This document shows, one piece after another, positions 25,994 to 39,105 of a stretch of 64,000 bases of DNA (positions are counted from its first letter, which is position 1; the number at the start of each line of letters is the position of its first letter). Location: the NCBI GenBank assembly GCA_951406725.2, contig OX597831.1, positions 22,878,001-22,942,000 of the forward strand, written 5' to 3'. The stretch is from Octopus vulgaris (Eukaryota). The position numbers and the translations under genes are program-made. The notes under the pieces were generated by a model. It saw nothing but the letters and a program-made list of their open reading frames with translations, had not been told where the DNA came from and searched no databases.

Positions 25994-26745
25994 TCACTGG
26001 TCTTGCCGGGTCTTCTCACACACAGCATACTTCCACAGGTCTCGGTCTCTGGTCATTTCCTTGGTGAGACCTAGAGTTCGAAGGTCGTGCTTCATCACCT
26101 CGACCCAGGTTTTCCTGGGTCTACCTCTTCCACAGGTCCCCTCAACTGCCAGGGTGTGGCACTTTTTTACACACCTATCTTCGTCCATTCTCGCCACATG
26201 ACCATACCAGTGCAATCGTCTCTCTTGCACACAACATCTGATGCCTCTTAGGTCTAACTTTTCTCTCAAGGTACTTACACTCTGTCGACTATGAACACTG
26301 ACATTACACATCCAACGGAGCATACTAGTTTCATTTCTTGCGAGCTTACGTAAATCCTCAGCAGTCACAGCCCAAGTTTCACTACCATGTAGCATGGCTG
26401 TACGTACACATGCATCATACAGTCTGCCTTTTACTTTGAGCAAGAGGCCTTTTGTCACCAGTAGGGGTAAGAGCTCTCTAAACTTTGCCCAGGCTATTCT
26501 TACTCTAGCAGTTACACTTTCAGCACACCCGCCCCCGCTACTGACTTGGTCACCTAAGTAGCGGAAGCTATCAACTACTTCTAGTTTTTCTCCCTGAAAC
26601 GTGATAGAAGTTGGTCTCTGCATATTTTCAGAGTTTATTGCTCCTGAGCATCTGCCACAGATAAAAACTATTTTCCTAGTTAGTCTTCCTTTGACATTAC
26701 TACATCTCTTATGTGTCCATAGCTTACATTTGGTGTTTCTTATAG
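25994..26745 (-). pseudogene. RTE retrotransposon ORF C-terminal region (post-RT); frame open but 5'-truncated
   Basis: About 250 open codons with characteristic RTE motifs; the N-terminus of the called ORF runs into microsatellite and SINE sequence. Confidence 0.9.
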
Positions 26746-26769
26746 AGTTACATATATATATATATATAT

Positions 26770-26992
26770 GTATATGTATGTATATATTTGTGTGTGTTTG
26801 TGTTTGTTCCTCCACCATCATTTGACAACTGATGTTTGCATGTTTAGGATCCCATAACCTTGTGGTTCAGCAAAAGAGTCCAATAAAATAAGTACTAGGC
26901 TTACAAAGTATAAGTCCTGGGGGTCGCTTTCTTCAGCTAAAAGATGGTGCTCCAGCATGGCCGCAGTCAAAATGATTGAAACAAATAAAAGA
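26770..26992 (+). mobile_element. SINE family A, 3' half
   Basis: Tail match. Confidence 0.75.
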
Positions 26993-27045
26993 ATATGCTT
27001 ACACATACACACACACACACATCACCATCATCACACAGAAACCCC

Positions 27046-27093
<48 letters not shown>

Positions 27094-27614
27094 CACGCAC
27101 ACAGTAAATGCAGACAAAACATCCAAATACCTCTCTCCTCTCCTCTTTAGTTCAGCTGAAAAGTCCCCCCCCCCTCTTCATCTCTCCATCAACAAATAAC
27201 AATTTCGATCCAGACAATTCCTGAGATGAATCCATGTTGCTTATCTAAATGGAATATAATGGATTTTTGAATGATTCGTTTTCGTCTAATTTAAACCAAT
27301 TCTCTTCCTGATGTTATCAACCTCAGAACTTGTTAAATATCTCCTTATGTAAAATGCTTCATATTCTTCACTGATAAAGAATTCCTATCGTCATCATCAT
27401 CATTATTTTCAAGCTCACCATTCTCATCCTCACTGGCATTGTCGTTGTAATCATCATGCTTATCACCATCATTATCTTCATCATTATCATTCTCATCCTC
27501 ACTGCCATGGTCGTTGTCGTCGTCCTCCTCCTCATCATCATCATCATCATCACCATCATTCTATTATCCCTGAGAGTGTAGTGGGTGCTTTTACGTGCCA
27601 TGAGGGCCAGTCAG

Positions 27615-27881
27615 GCGCTCATTGTAGAATATACATGCAGCAAGTTTAGATGGAGTGGACATGTTGCCTGGCTCACCAATAATCGGTGGACCTGTGCAGT
27701 TGTTGAATGGTATCCGCGCGAGTGGAAAATGACCACTCAGAAGGCGTCCACAATGGTGGAGTTACGATTTTAGGACTGCGATTGGGATCACGTGGATGAG
27801 GAAGGCATGATCAAGAGAGGAGTGGACAATGTGCTGTGACCAGCAGTGTCAAATGGACGCCCGACTGACTGGTCAGTCAAG

Positions 27882-27885
<4 letters not shown>
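27615..27885 (+). mobile_element. Second RTE-clade LINE family, extreme C-terminus, frameshifted
   Basis: Translates KFRWSGHVAWLTNNRWTCAVVEWYPREWK...ITWMRKA*SREEW. Confidence 0.8.
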
Positions 27886-27922
<37 letters not shown>

Positions 27923-27929
27923 ATTGCTG

Positions 27930-28578
27930 ACATGATTGATGACAGTACTGCCTGATTGGCACTTGTGCCAGTGGAACGTTAAAAGCTCATCCGAACGTCG
28001 GGTGTAACTGGCTCACCTATGTGTACCCCTCATTCACTGGACAATGAACTTTGCCTGCGAAGAACTATTGAGGCAAGTGAAAACAAATAAAAATCGCTCA
28101 TGTGGCTGATGACAGGACCACCTGATTGGCACTCGTGATGCTGGATGTGAGAAGCACATCCAAGCATGATAGTTGCCGGAGCCATGGATTGGCTCCTGTG
28201 CCGGTGGCATGTGAAAAACACAATTCGAGTGTGATCGTTGCCAGCGTCGCCTTACCAGCACATGTTCCAGTGGCATGTAAAAAAAAACATTTGAGTATGG
28301 TCTTTGCCAGTGCTGCTGGACTGGTCCCATGCAGGTAGCATGTAAATAGTACCTTTTGAGTGTGGTCATTGCCAGTACTGTCTGACTAACCCTCATGCCG
28401 TTGGCAGGTAAAAGCACTCACTACCATCTCAGAGGGGTTGACATTAGAAAGGGCATCCAGCTATAGAAACTTTGCCAGATCAGATTGAGCCTGGTGCAGC
28501 CTCTCACTCACCAGTCCTCAGTAACACCATCCAACCCATGCCAGCATGGAAAGCGGATGTTAAACAACGACGATGATT
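27930..28578 (+). mobile_element. RTE LINE 3' UTR copy, diverged
   Basis: GTGGCATGTAAAA units, GGGCATCCAGC motif, GATGAT tail. Confidence 0.75.
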
Positions 28579-28584
28579 ATGCGG

Positions 28585-28641
<57 letters not shown>

Positions 28642-28862
28642 CCTTATCATCACCAACATCATTTAGCATCCTACTGAGGAAAACTAAAGAGAGAGAAATG
28701 CATCTAGGAGTCTGCTAGGTGGCGATACTGGGCAGATATAGTGTTTTTACACATTTTACCATAAGCAAGAAATTTTCTGCATGGTAACTGTAGTGAATTT
28801 GCCTTTAGACTGGACAGTGAAGTAGAAGTAAATTGAAAATGAAAAAGCATATAAAATTATGT

Positions 28863-29076
28863 AATAAACACCGTATATATTTTCATGAGTAATAAATAAT
28901 TTCATGTAATGAAAACATCTCAGACAGCTTCTTTTAACATGTCTGGTGCATTCATGCAATCCTCGGGCTATGCCTGCATGACATAACAAGGATTGCAAGA
29001 AGGCAAAAATGCTGTCTGAGACGTTTTCATGACATGAAACTATTAGTGGTCCATAAAAATATATATTGTGTTTATT
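28863..29076. repeat. Fold-back element with 66-bp diverged inverted arms
   Basis: 28863-28928 vs 29011-29076. Confidence 0.75.
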
Positions 29077-29144
29077 AAATAATGCTTATCTCTCACAAGA
29101 CGTAGTACATTTTTTTGTTAATCCTACCATCATGGAACAGTGCA

Positions 29145-29145
29145 C

Positions 29146-29179
<34 letters not shown>

Positions 29180-29485
29180 GTTTAACGCCCATTTTCCATG
29201 CTGGTATGGGTTGGACGGTTTGACAGAGGACTGGCAAGCCAGTAGGCTGCACCAGGCACCAATGTGAGCTGGCAACGTTTCTACAGTTGGATGCATTTCC
29301 TAACACCAAGCACTCAGAGAGTGTATTGGATGCTTTTTACATGCCAACAGCATGGGAGCCAGTCAGGTGGCACTGCATTGACCACATTCGGGTGGTCCTT
29401 TTTACATGTCACTGGCACAGGAGCCAGTCGGGGGCCACATTTGGATTGGATGGTGCTTTCTACATGCCACCAGCACAGGAAGCCA
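29145..29485 (-). mobile_element. RTE LINE 3' UTR copy
   Basis: (CAT)n followed by reverse complement of the tail. Confidence 0.8.
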
Positions 29486-29532
29486 CTATATATATACACA
29501 CACACACACACATACATAAATACATACATATA

Positions 29533-29596
<64 letters not shown>

Positions 29597-29679
29597 ATAA
29601 AGTGAGTTCACGGCTGTATCTTACACCAGTTTCGCATAAACAGCCCCATCCCATTCAAAAGTGTCTTGGATCATAGGGC

Positions 29680-30037
29680 AGCCTGCTGTGCTTGAGGAGA
29701 CCTACTGAGTCAAGTACATCAACATCAAAATGAAAATCAAAAGGAAATTGTAGTTGTGATACCTGTACCGGTGGCACGTAAACTGCACCATCTGGCTTCT
29801 GTGCTGGTGGCATGTAAAAAGCACCAACCGATTGTGGTCGTTGTCAGCCTCCTCTGGCCCCAGTGCCGGTGGCATGTAAAAAGTACCCACTACACCCATG
29901 GAGTGGTTGGCATTAGGAAAGGCATCCAGCTGTACAACCTCTGCTAGATCAGACTGGAGCCTGGAGCAGCCTCCTGGCTTCCCAGACCCCGGTCGAACCG
30001 TCCAACGTTAAACGACGTTAATGATGATGATGATGAT
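29680..30037 (+). mobile_element. RTE LINE 3' UTR copy
   Basis: Same architecture as 18675-19162. Confidence 0.8.
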
Positions 30038-30047
30038 ATATATGTGT

Positions 30048-30099
<52 letters not shown>

Positions 30100-30811
30100 G
30101 ATGGACTTCCATGCAGTTTCTTTCTATCAAATTTGTATTCATACACAAAGCATTGATTACCCCAGAGCTACAAATGACTAATATAATATTTATAACATGG
30201 AAATTTACTCAAAGTATTCTTACTATTACGAATACACTATGAATTATGTTATAATCTAATCCCCCACCCGCCAGAAACGAATTCTTTACCAGTTTATTTT
30301 ATGGTTAATATTATATTTGTAACTTAATGAAACGAAATAAGACTTAACATTCTTCTTTATGACTAACGTCACATTTGAAACTTTAAAAAATAAACAATTT
30401 TAAATGTGTTTTTGTAATTCTTTTCTTATGACCAATGTTGTATCTTAATCTGAATTCAAAGAATTAAGTCTTGCAGTTATTCATTCTGACTAATGCAGAA
30501 TTTCTAAAGATAACTTAATTCAAAGAATTAAATCTTAGCTAATTCTTATTATGACTGATGTTCTATGTAGACACATAGATGCAAGCATGGCTGTCTGGTT
30601 AAGAAATTTACTCAGCATCCATGTGGTTTAGAGTTTGTTCATCCTGTGTGGCACCATTGTCAGGTGTTGTCTATCATATATAGAACTGGGCTGACCAATC
30701 TCTTGTGAGTATAATGGTTAGAGATACCGTGAAGAAGCTCATCATATATCTCTATCTTCATATATCTCTATCTATATCTTCTATATCTGTTATATATATA
30801 TATATATATAT

Positions 30812-31022
30812 ACTCTTTTACTTGTTTCAGTCATTTGACTGTGGCCATGCTGGAGCACTGCCTTTAGTTGAGCAAATCGACCCCAGGACTTATTCTTTGT
30901 AAGCCTAGCACTTATTCTATCGTTCTCTATTGCCGAACCACTACGTTATGGGAATGTAAACACACCAGCATCAGTTCTCAAGCGATGTTGGGGGAGGGGG
31001 ACAAACACAGACACATAAACAC

Positions 31023-31108
<86 letters not shown>

Positions 31109-31244
31109 GATGGGCTTCCTTCAGTTTCCGTCTTTGGTCGGCCCGAGGCTATTGTAGAAAACACTTGCCCATGGTGCCACACAGTGGGACTGAACCCAGA
31201 ACCATGTGGATGGTGAGCAAGCTACTTACCACACAGCCACTCCT
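30812..31244 (-). mobile_element. SINE family A
   Basis: Reverse-complement match; expanded internal (TA)n. Confidence 0.85.
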
Positions 31245-31620
31245 ATATAATTAAAAAGGAATGTAAAAATACATTGCAAAGGATATATCATAAGCAATTA
31301 GTAATTATTTATGAATATCGATGGCCAAACATGTAATAATAAATTACATATGTCATATGTTATATATGCATAAACTATATTGCATACATATTATATGTAT
31401 TCATATATGCATCCTCCACTGGTGTCAAATCCATGCTGATGTCACACGAAATGCATCCAGCATGCCCTGTAAAGTGGTTGGAATTAAGGAGAGCATCCAT
31501 CCATAGAAACTAAGCTACATTAAACTGGAACCTGGTGTAGATCTCCTGCTTGCCTGCTCTGATCAAACTGTCCAACCTATTCGATGGAAAACAGGCATTA
31601 AATGATCATGATCATATGTA

Positions 31621-31657
<37 letters not shown>

Positions 31658-32049
31658 CATCATCCTCATCATCGTCATCATCGTTTAACGTCCGTTTTCC
31701 GTGCTAGCACAGGTTGGACGGTTCGACCGGGGTCTGGTAAGCCAAGCCAGGAGGCTGCACCATGCTCCAGTCTGATCTGGCAGTGTTTCTACAGCTGGAT
31801 GCCCGTCCTAACGCCAACCACACCGCGAGTGTAGTGGGTGCTTTTTACGTGCCACCAGCACAGGTGCCAGAGGGGTCTGACAGTGGCCACGATCGGTTGG
31901 TGCTTTTACCGTGCCACCAGCATGGAAGACAGTCAAAGTGGCGCTGGCATCGGCCACGTTTGGACGGAGCGTTTTATATGTCACTGGCACAGAAGCCAGT
32001 CGAGGCGGCGCTGGCATCGCCCAGGACGCTGGCATTGGCCAGGCGCTGG

Positions 32050-32052
<3 letters not shown>
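31658..32052 (-). mobile_element. RTE LINE 3' UTR copy
   Basis: Tail and stem-loop units. Confidence 0.8.
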
Positions 32053-32092
<40 letters not shown>

Positions 32093-32577
32093 TACACACG
32101 TATATGTATGCATATATAAAGAAATATATATATATATACACACATATAACATATGTATCTATATGTGTATATATGTATTATGTTAATAAAAAATATATAT
32201 GTAACATATGGTATAATTATAAACAGGGCAAATTTTAGCCATTTCTCTGCAGACTGAAAAAATATGATGAACAACCTTAATCGATTTTCAAACCTTATTG
32301 GGTTCTTATCAGTGAACTTATGGGTCAGACCATGCTGGATAGTCACGCTCTAGGTGACCACCGCACTTCAAGGGGGCCCAGACTATATTAAGGGGTAGCA
32401 GCCGGCAGGTGCATGTCTCCGGTATCGGTCGGCACGATGCCTGAGACGTCAGCCTAAGACGCATCATTCTGACAGTCTCCAGAGAAACAAGTATCCAAAC
32501 TGTTTGTATACTTAACAAATGCAGCAGTTGCTCTGTGAAGGAGTTCCTAATATATGCATATAATTTAAAGAAAAGAA

Positions 32578-32814
32578 AACACCATCCGAGCGTGGCCGTT
32601 TGCCAGCCTCGTCTGGCACCTGTGTCGGTGGCACATAAAAGCACCCACTACACTCGCGGAGTGGTTGGCATTAGGAAGGGCATCCAGCTGTAGAAACACT
32701 GCCAGATCTGACTGGCCTGGTGCAGCCTTCGGGCTTCCCAGACCCCAGTTGAACCGTCCAACCCATGCTAGCATGGAAAGCGGACATTAAACGATGATGA
32801 TGATGATGATGATG
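32578..32814 (+). mobile_element. RTE LINE 3' terminus
   Basis: One unit, tail and (GAT)n. Confidence 0.85.
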
Positions 32815-33060
32815 AAAAGCTTCTATTAAACAATTCAATAATGAAAGATATTTTTCACACCATATAAAAAACATAAACTATAAAAACCTAATTCTAAAAA
32901 TCAATAAAGTACAATAAATAGTAATGTGTGTAGTCTTTTTACTACTATTTACTAATTATTGTACTTTATTGATTTAAAATAAGTTTTTTTTTTTATAGAA
33001 TATGTTTTCTATATGGTGTGAATAACATCTTTCTTTATTGAATTGTTTAATAGAGGTTTT
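32815..33060. repeat. AT-rich fold-back element (about 110-bp arms)
   Basis: CTATTAAACAATTCAATAA...AATCAATAAAGTACAATAA pairs with TTATTGTACTTTATTGATT...TTATTGAATTGTTTAATAG. Confidence 0.8.
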
Positions 33061-33069
33061 TCTCTAAAT

Positions 33070-33101
<32 letters not shown>

Positions 33102-33650
33102 AACATATATATATATATATATTTATATTGTGAAATTTGATTTAAAATTCTTGAATTGAGTTTTTCCATGTAAGTTTTGGAATTATATTCCCGACTATTA
33201 TTGTTTTATATATACATATATATATATGTGAGAAAATGAAAAAAGTGGGGAAAAATTGACATACAGACGTTATTTATTTGAAGACATTCAAATTCATGCA
33301 GAGAAATTCCTGCCTACAGCTGTTTCCACACCCAGTCAATTCAATTACAGAAATAGAATTCAAATTTCCATATACATACATCTTAGAAGTGCTGATCAGT
33401 GATATGTATAAATGCGGACTTGTTACCAGTTCAAATGTACTTTGAGCATACTGAAAACTGTAAGAAAGCCATTCTCCAGTAGAAAATTTCTCACTGTAAA
33501 CAATATGGTGTAACAACACCAAAACAGTTCAAAGCACCCTATTGCATTCAGTGCTTCAATAAGTCAGGTCTCTTTACATCCTGAGATCAAATCATAAGGC
33601 TCACGTTTTCTTCCATCCTTCGTGTGTAGAGATGGTCAGTGCCTTATTAA

Positions 33651-33870
33651 CCCTTTCGTTACCAACCCGGCTGAAACCGGCTCTGGCTCTGAGTACAAAT
33701 GTCTTGTTTTCATAAGTTCTGAATTAAAATCTTCCACCAAACCTTTGTCACAATTTATGTTCCTAACACTAGCTGAATGATAACTAAGTTATTTTACTAA
33801 ATTCTTTGTTATATTTAAAGTAATTGAAAGAAACACAGAGCATCTCAAAATAAATACAGTAATGAAAGGG
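33651..33870. mobile_element. piggyBac-type MITE (220 bp)
   Basis: TTAA on both sides (33647-33650, 33871-33874); TIRs CCCTTTCGTTAC / GTAATGAAAGGG. Confidence 0.85.
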
Positions 33871-34697
33871 TTAAGGCAGAGGTAAATGCGTGTCAGTTGT
33901 CTGGTGGTGAGCAATCCACAGATCTAGTGACTCAATGCTGACTTATAACTGGTTATTGAGAAATAAATACTAGAGGTCCTAACTTAAGTAGAAGCTGAGT
34001 TTGAAAGCTGGTTGGATCATTAACATGCTGAACAAAATGCTTAGTGGTATTTTTGTCTGTCTTCTTTTTTTTTTGAGTTCAAATTCTGAGGTCCACTTTC
34101 TGTTTCACATTTTCAAGGTTGTTAAAATAAGTACCGGTTAAATACTGGGGTTGATGTCATTGATTTCCCCCTCCCCTGTCCATCTGTTGAAATTTGAAAC
34201 CAATTGAACTCTTTTACTCTGCCAAGTGTAAAGCATTTTTTATTCCCATTGTTTTGAATTAATCATGTATAGTCTCATATCTATGAGATTTTAATAATGT
34301 TATTGCCTAGTTTTAGAATGACATTGTTGGGTACGTGTGAGAGGCTAGATCCAGTCAGTATAAATATAAAACCGGAGGCGTATTTGGGCCAAATATGGCT
34401 GGTTTAAATGCTAAAGGTGAAAACAGAAGGCCAGAAATTTTTAAAGGGAATGATGAGGCATTGCCATCAACCCCAGAATGTAACTGTTATCTATGATACA
34501 GAGTTATGAGGTACTCTTTATCTCAGTTTTTGATTACTATTATATTTCATTTCAAAGAATGAAACCCTCAGTGGGATTTGAACTCTGAATGTGAAGAACC
34601 ATGGTAAACAATGTAAAGCGATTAGATCTCAATGCATTGGTTTACTAGCAGAAATGGTAGTCTATGATGGTTTTCAAGCAACATCAGGGTAATAAAG

Positions 34698-34930
34698 GCG
34701 TCAAGCTGGCAGAATCGTTAGCACGCCGGGCAAAATGCTTAGTGGTATTTCGTCTGCCGTTACATTCTGAGTTCAAATTCCGCCGAGGTCGACTTTGCCT
34801 TTCATCCTTTCGGGGTCGATAAATTAAATACCAGTTACGCACTGGGGTTGATCTAATCGACTTAATCCCTTTGTTTGTCCTTGTTTGTCCTCTCTGTGTT
34901 TAGTCCCTTGTGGGCAGTAAAGAAATAGGT
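34698..34930 (+). mobile_element. SINE family B, full length
   Basis: AGCTGGCAGAATCGTTAG head, GAGTTCAAATTCC B-box, GTCGAC/CATCCTTTCGGGG core. Confidence 0.9.
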
Positions 34931-35065
34931 AATAAGATAAAGTAGAGGTCAAGAGAAGTATTTGTTCTACTTTGTATATTTGACTATACATGCACAGGTG
35001 TATGTGTCTACACGCATACATACATACATATATATGTGAGTGTGTGTGTGTATATATATGATATG

Positions 35066-35403
35066 CTGAGACCCTCTTCGGTCATGAGTGACCATGGAAT
35101 TGCACCTAGAAAGTTACCCTCCCAGGCACAAGTCCGGGCAAGGTTGTTTATGAAAGGCCAGCAGTCGCCCATGCATACTGGCCGCCCCTCTCCGCACCAC
35201 CAGTGTCATCCAAGGGAAAGACAAAAGCTAATGCAGCTTGGCACCTGTGATGTCGCAACTCATTTCTACAGCTGAGTGAACTGGAGCAACGTAAAATAAA
35301 GTATCTTGCTCAAGAACACAACACGCAGCCCGGTCTGGGATTCGAACTCACAACCTCACGATTGTAAGTTCGACGTTCTAACCACTGAGCCATGTGCCTT
35401 CAC
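35066..35403 (-). mobile_element. SINE family C, full length
   Basis: Reverse complement of 22452-22781. Confidence 0.9.
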
Positions 35404-35819
35404 ATATAGGATATACGATATAAGCACACATATATAAATGTATACACACTCGAATATATATACATACATACATACATACATACATACAGACAGACATACG
35501 TGCGTACTCACTAACATAAATACATACTTGCATACACACATGCATGCACATATATATTCTTCCGTGTATTTTATATAGCTTTGTAGCTATATATATAACA
35601 TTAAACAACCATTATATTGAAAGAGTAGTCGTATGAAAGATTGTTCACAAGAAAACTTCTTTATGCGAACGATTCTCAGAATGAAGTAGAATTTGAGTAA
35701 GAATTAATCCTAGAATGTGGGAATGAAAAAAATACCGTTCTCTTTTGTTCTTTTATTTTTCCTGTCTCTTCTTATAGATGTTTTTCTTTCTTTTGTTTCT
35801 TTCCTTCTTTTTCTTCTTT

Positions 35820-35863
<44 letters not shown>

Positions 35864-36216
35864 TAGATGGATTAAAGCAGTAAGAGAAATAGGAAACAAT
35901 ATATTAGGATTATTTCTATAGAATAATCTCTTAGGAAACAGGTTTTCAATGAGAAATATCAGCAAAACTTGGAGAAAGACAGAAATTATGTAGAAACCGA
36001 CTATAAACATCTTCTCGTATATATTAAACTGATGGAGATTGTAAGATGTTTTACATCATCAGCTTCATTGTTGTTGTCGGCATCAGTAGTGGTGGTGGTG
36101 GTGGTGGTGATGGCATCATCATCATCATCATCGTCATCGTCCTTGTCATTGCAACCACAAGCACAGCCGTAGCCATCATCACTGTTAATGCCACTAATGC
36201 TGTTGTCATTGCTATT

Positions 36217-36523
36217 ACTCTTTTACTCTTTCACTTGTTTCAGTCGTTTGACTGCGGCCATGCTGGAGCACCGCCTTTTAGTCGAGCAAATCGACACCCA
36301 GGATTTATTCTTTGTAAGCCTAGTACTTATTCTATCGGTTCTCTTTTGCCAAACCACTAAGTTACGGGGACATAAACACACCAGCATCGGTTGTCAAGCA
36401 ATGTTGGGGGGACAAACACAGACACACAAACATATACACACACACATATATATATACATATATACAACGGGCTTTGGTTGTCAAGTGATGTTGGGGGAGG
36501 GGGACAAACACAGATGCATAAAC

Positions 36524-36561
<38 letters not shown>

Positions 36562-36730
36562 GACGAGCTTCTTTCAATTTCAGTTTACAGCTACCAAATC
36601 CACTCACAAGGCTTTGGTCGGCCAGAGGCTATAGTAAAAGACACTTGCCCAAGGTGCCATGCAGTGGGACTGAACCTGAAACCATGTGGTTGGTAAGCAA
36701 GCAACTTACCACACAGCCACTCTTGCGCCT
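36217..36730 (-). mobile_element. SINE family A with internal duplication around the microsatellite
   Basis: GGTTGTCAAG..ATGTTGGGG...GGACAAACACAGA occurs twice. Confidence 0.85.
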
Positions 36731-36807
36731 ATTGTTAATATTCCGAGATGTTATTATTTTCATCATTATCATCATCATCATTGTCATCATCATCATCATC
36801 ATTATTA

Positions 36808-37021
36808 TGGCTGCGAGCTGGCAGAATTGTTAGCAGGCTGGGTAAAATGCTTACTGATATTCCATTAGTTGCTATGTTCTGAGTTCAAATTCCACCGAGG
36901 TCGACTTTGCCTTTCATCCTTTCGGGGTAGATTAAATAAGTACCATTTACGTACAGGGATTGATGTAATCAACTTAATCCCATCCCCGTAGCTGCCCTTG
37001 TGGCAAAAATTATTATTATAA

Positions 37022-37082
<61 letters not shown>

Positions 37083-37302
37083 GGTGGTGAGCTGACAGAA
37101 TCGTTCGCATGTCACGCAAAATGCTAAGCGATATTTCACCTGTTGATATGTTCTGAGTTCAGTTTCCGCCAAGGTTATCTATGCCTTTCACCCTTTCAGG
37201 GTCAATAGATTAAGTACCAGTGAAAGAATGGAGGGGGGGGGGTGATGCAATTAACTAGTCCCCTCCCCCAAAATTTCAGGCCTTGTGCCTATAGTAGCAA
37301 GG

Positions 37303-37305
<3 letters not shown>
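36808..37305 (+). mobile_element. Two SINE family B copies separated by (ATT)n
   Basis: Heads at about 36808 and 37083. Confidence 0.8.
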
Positions 37306-37368
<63 letters not shown>

Positions 37369-37775
37369 TTCCTTCTTTCTTCAAATTTTCTTCCATTTCT
37401 CACTGACTGTTTTCCATACACCTAGGGCAGAGAAGCTCATTGTATTATTATTATTATCATTATTATTATTATTATTATCATTATTATTATCATTATTATT
37501 ATTATTACTAGTTTTTTTTCCTTGTTTCATCTCAGCAGTGGCTGGTGATGAGACTGTTATTTGAAACATCTTAAACTTTTCATTTCCATCTTGCGTTTCA
37601 ACGAACCTTTTCCTCGCATCAGAAATCAGAAAAACAACAAAAACCAAACTGCAGCGTGAAATGGAATTCTGCAGACAAATTCTTTGCACTCACTCTTCGC
37701 CTCCATTAACCTGTCAAAAATTCCTCCATTGTTTCTTTGAATGCTGCAGGTTAATAGCTTTTACATATATTTCCT

Positions 37776-37813
<38 letters not shown>

Positions 37814-38224
37814 GCCACTTGGCATCAAAGACTGCCTGACATGTTTTTGATCTCCTAATTACTTATGTACTGCATGCCGTTCACACAATGCAACTTTGGT
37901 ACATGCATTTGTCTGGCATCATTACCATAATCCTCCTCCTACTCCTCCCCCCTCCTCCTCCTCATCATCATCATCAATATTGAGCTGACAGAATCTTTAG
38001 TGCTTTGGAACAGAAGCCTTATGCTGTTTCTTCTAGCTCTCTCCGTTATGAGTTCGAACTTAATCAAGATCAGTATTACGTTTAATTACTTTGCAGGTGT
38101 CAATAAAGTACCTATAAAGAACTGAAGCTGATGGTATGGATTAACTCCTCATTCCGAAAATTGCTGGCCTTGTGTATAAATCAGAAACCTTTATTATTAT
38201 TATTATTGTAATCATTATTGTGAT

Positions 38225-38520
38225 AGCCTGGGCTTCCGAGGCCCACTGCTCTTCAATATCCTCCCGAAGAACCTAAGAGACCTGCATGGGGTGGATGCAG
38301 ATGTCTTTAAAATAAAACTGGATCTCTTCTTTGTCAGGTGTCCCAGATGAACCAACTTCACAGCAGGAGGTGCAGATGAGGGCAGCTGCATTGAACTCTC
38401 TCATGCACCAAATGGCAATTGCTAAAAAGCATTCGTAAAGTAAAATCATGTAGCAACACCAAATGGCGGTGCCCCAGCATGGCCACAGCTTGTGAGCTGA
38501 AACTAGATAAGAATAAAAAA
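38225..38520 (+). mobile_element. CR1-like LINE 3' end (ORF2 C-terminus and tail)
   Basis: SLGFRGPLLFNILPKNLRDLHGVDADVFKIKLDLF / SGVPDEP...RAAALNSL (one frameshift); tail GGCGGTGCCCCAGCATGGCCACAGCT..TGAGCTGAAAC. Confidence 0.8.
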
Positions 38521-38544
38521 TTAAAAAAATTTTTTTTAAATTAT

Positions 38545-39105
38545 TGAGTGAGCGAGCAGTGTGTGCCATCATAGTAACCCTAGGGTACAAATATATGAAA
38601 CGCAATATACCCATCATGACTACCTGTCTGATAAGGGTGCACTAAGCAAATGCATCACAAGCACATGTATGTAACATATTGATCTCTAATCAAGACAAAC
38701 AGTGCATTACTTTGCAGGTGGGGCCCAGTTAGAATTTTCTTCAGGTCAAGTAGCCCATCATGCTCAAAAGATCCTTGGATAAGGATTGTTTAAGGATGAT
38801 GAACAAAACACCCATGTTTCCAGAGGTGAATAATTCAAACCCCAAAGAATCCCTCTCGACATATGCCTATGATGTTCCCCCACTACTTCTGCTCATGATC
38901 AGAGATGCACATATCGTCAGCCACCAAGGGACATGCTGAACTGGTTAAGGGCAAACAATTAACAAGCGAATCTGTGGTATTGAGCAGAATATTTGCTGTA
39001 GCCCATCTTTTATACCAAGACAAAATGATGTGCATGGTAACACTTCCATTCAGTTAAGATCAGAAGCCATGAGAGCCAGTGCCTGGTACTGCATCAAGAC
39101 ATTTA
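38545..39105. mobile_element. Probable unclassified interspersed repeat
   Basis: Sharp-bordered block, GC-richer than its flanks, no ORF; single copy here, so the call rests on composition and recall only. Confidence 0.35.

Larger units (their letters stand above)
24965..26750 (-). mobile_element. 5'-truncated RTE-clade LINE: ORF C-terminus, long 3' UTR and (GAT)n tail
   Basis: ORF motifs EVVDSFRYLG, LHGSETW, RLHWYGHVARM, GRGRPRKTW; stop at 25994; UTR tandem array; (CAT)n at 24965 on the plus strand. Confidence 0.9.

Noticed and set aside
37690-37750. Possible 50-nt minus-strand exon (IQRNNGGIFDRLMEAK) with GTGAGT donor
   Set aside because: Acceptor lacks a pyrimidine tract; no neighbouring exons support it.
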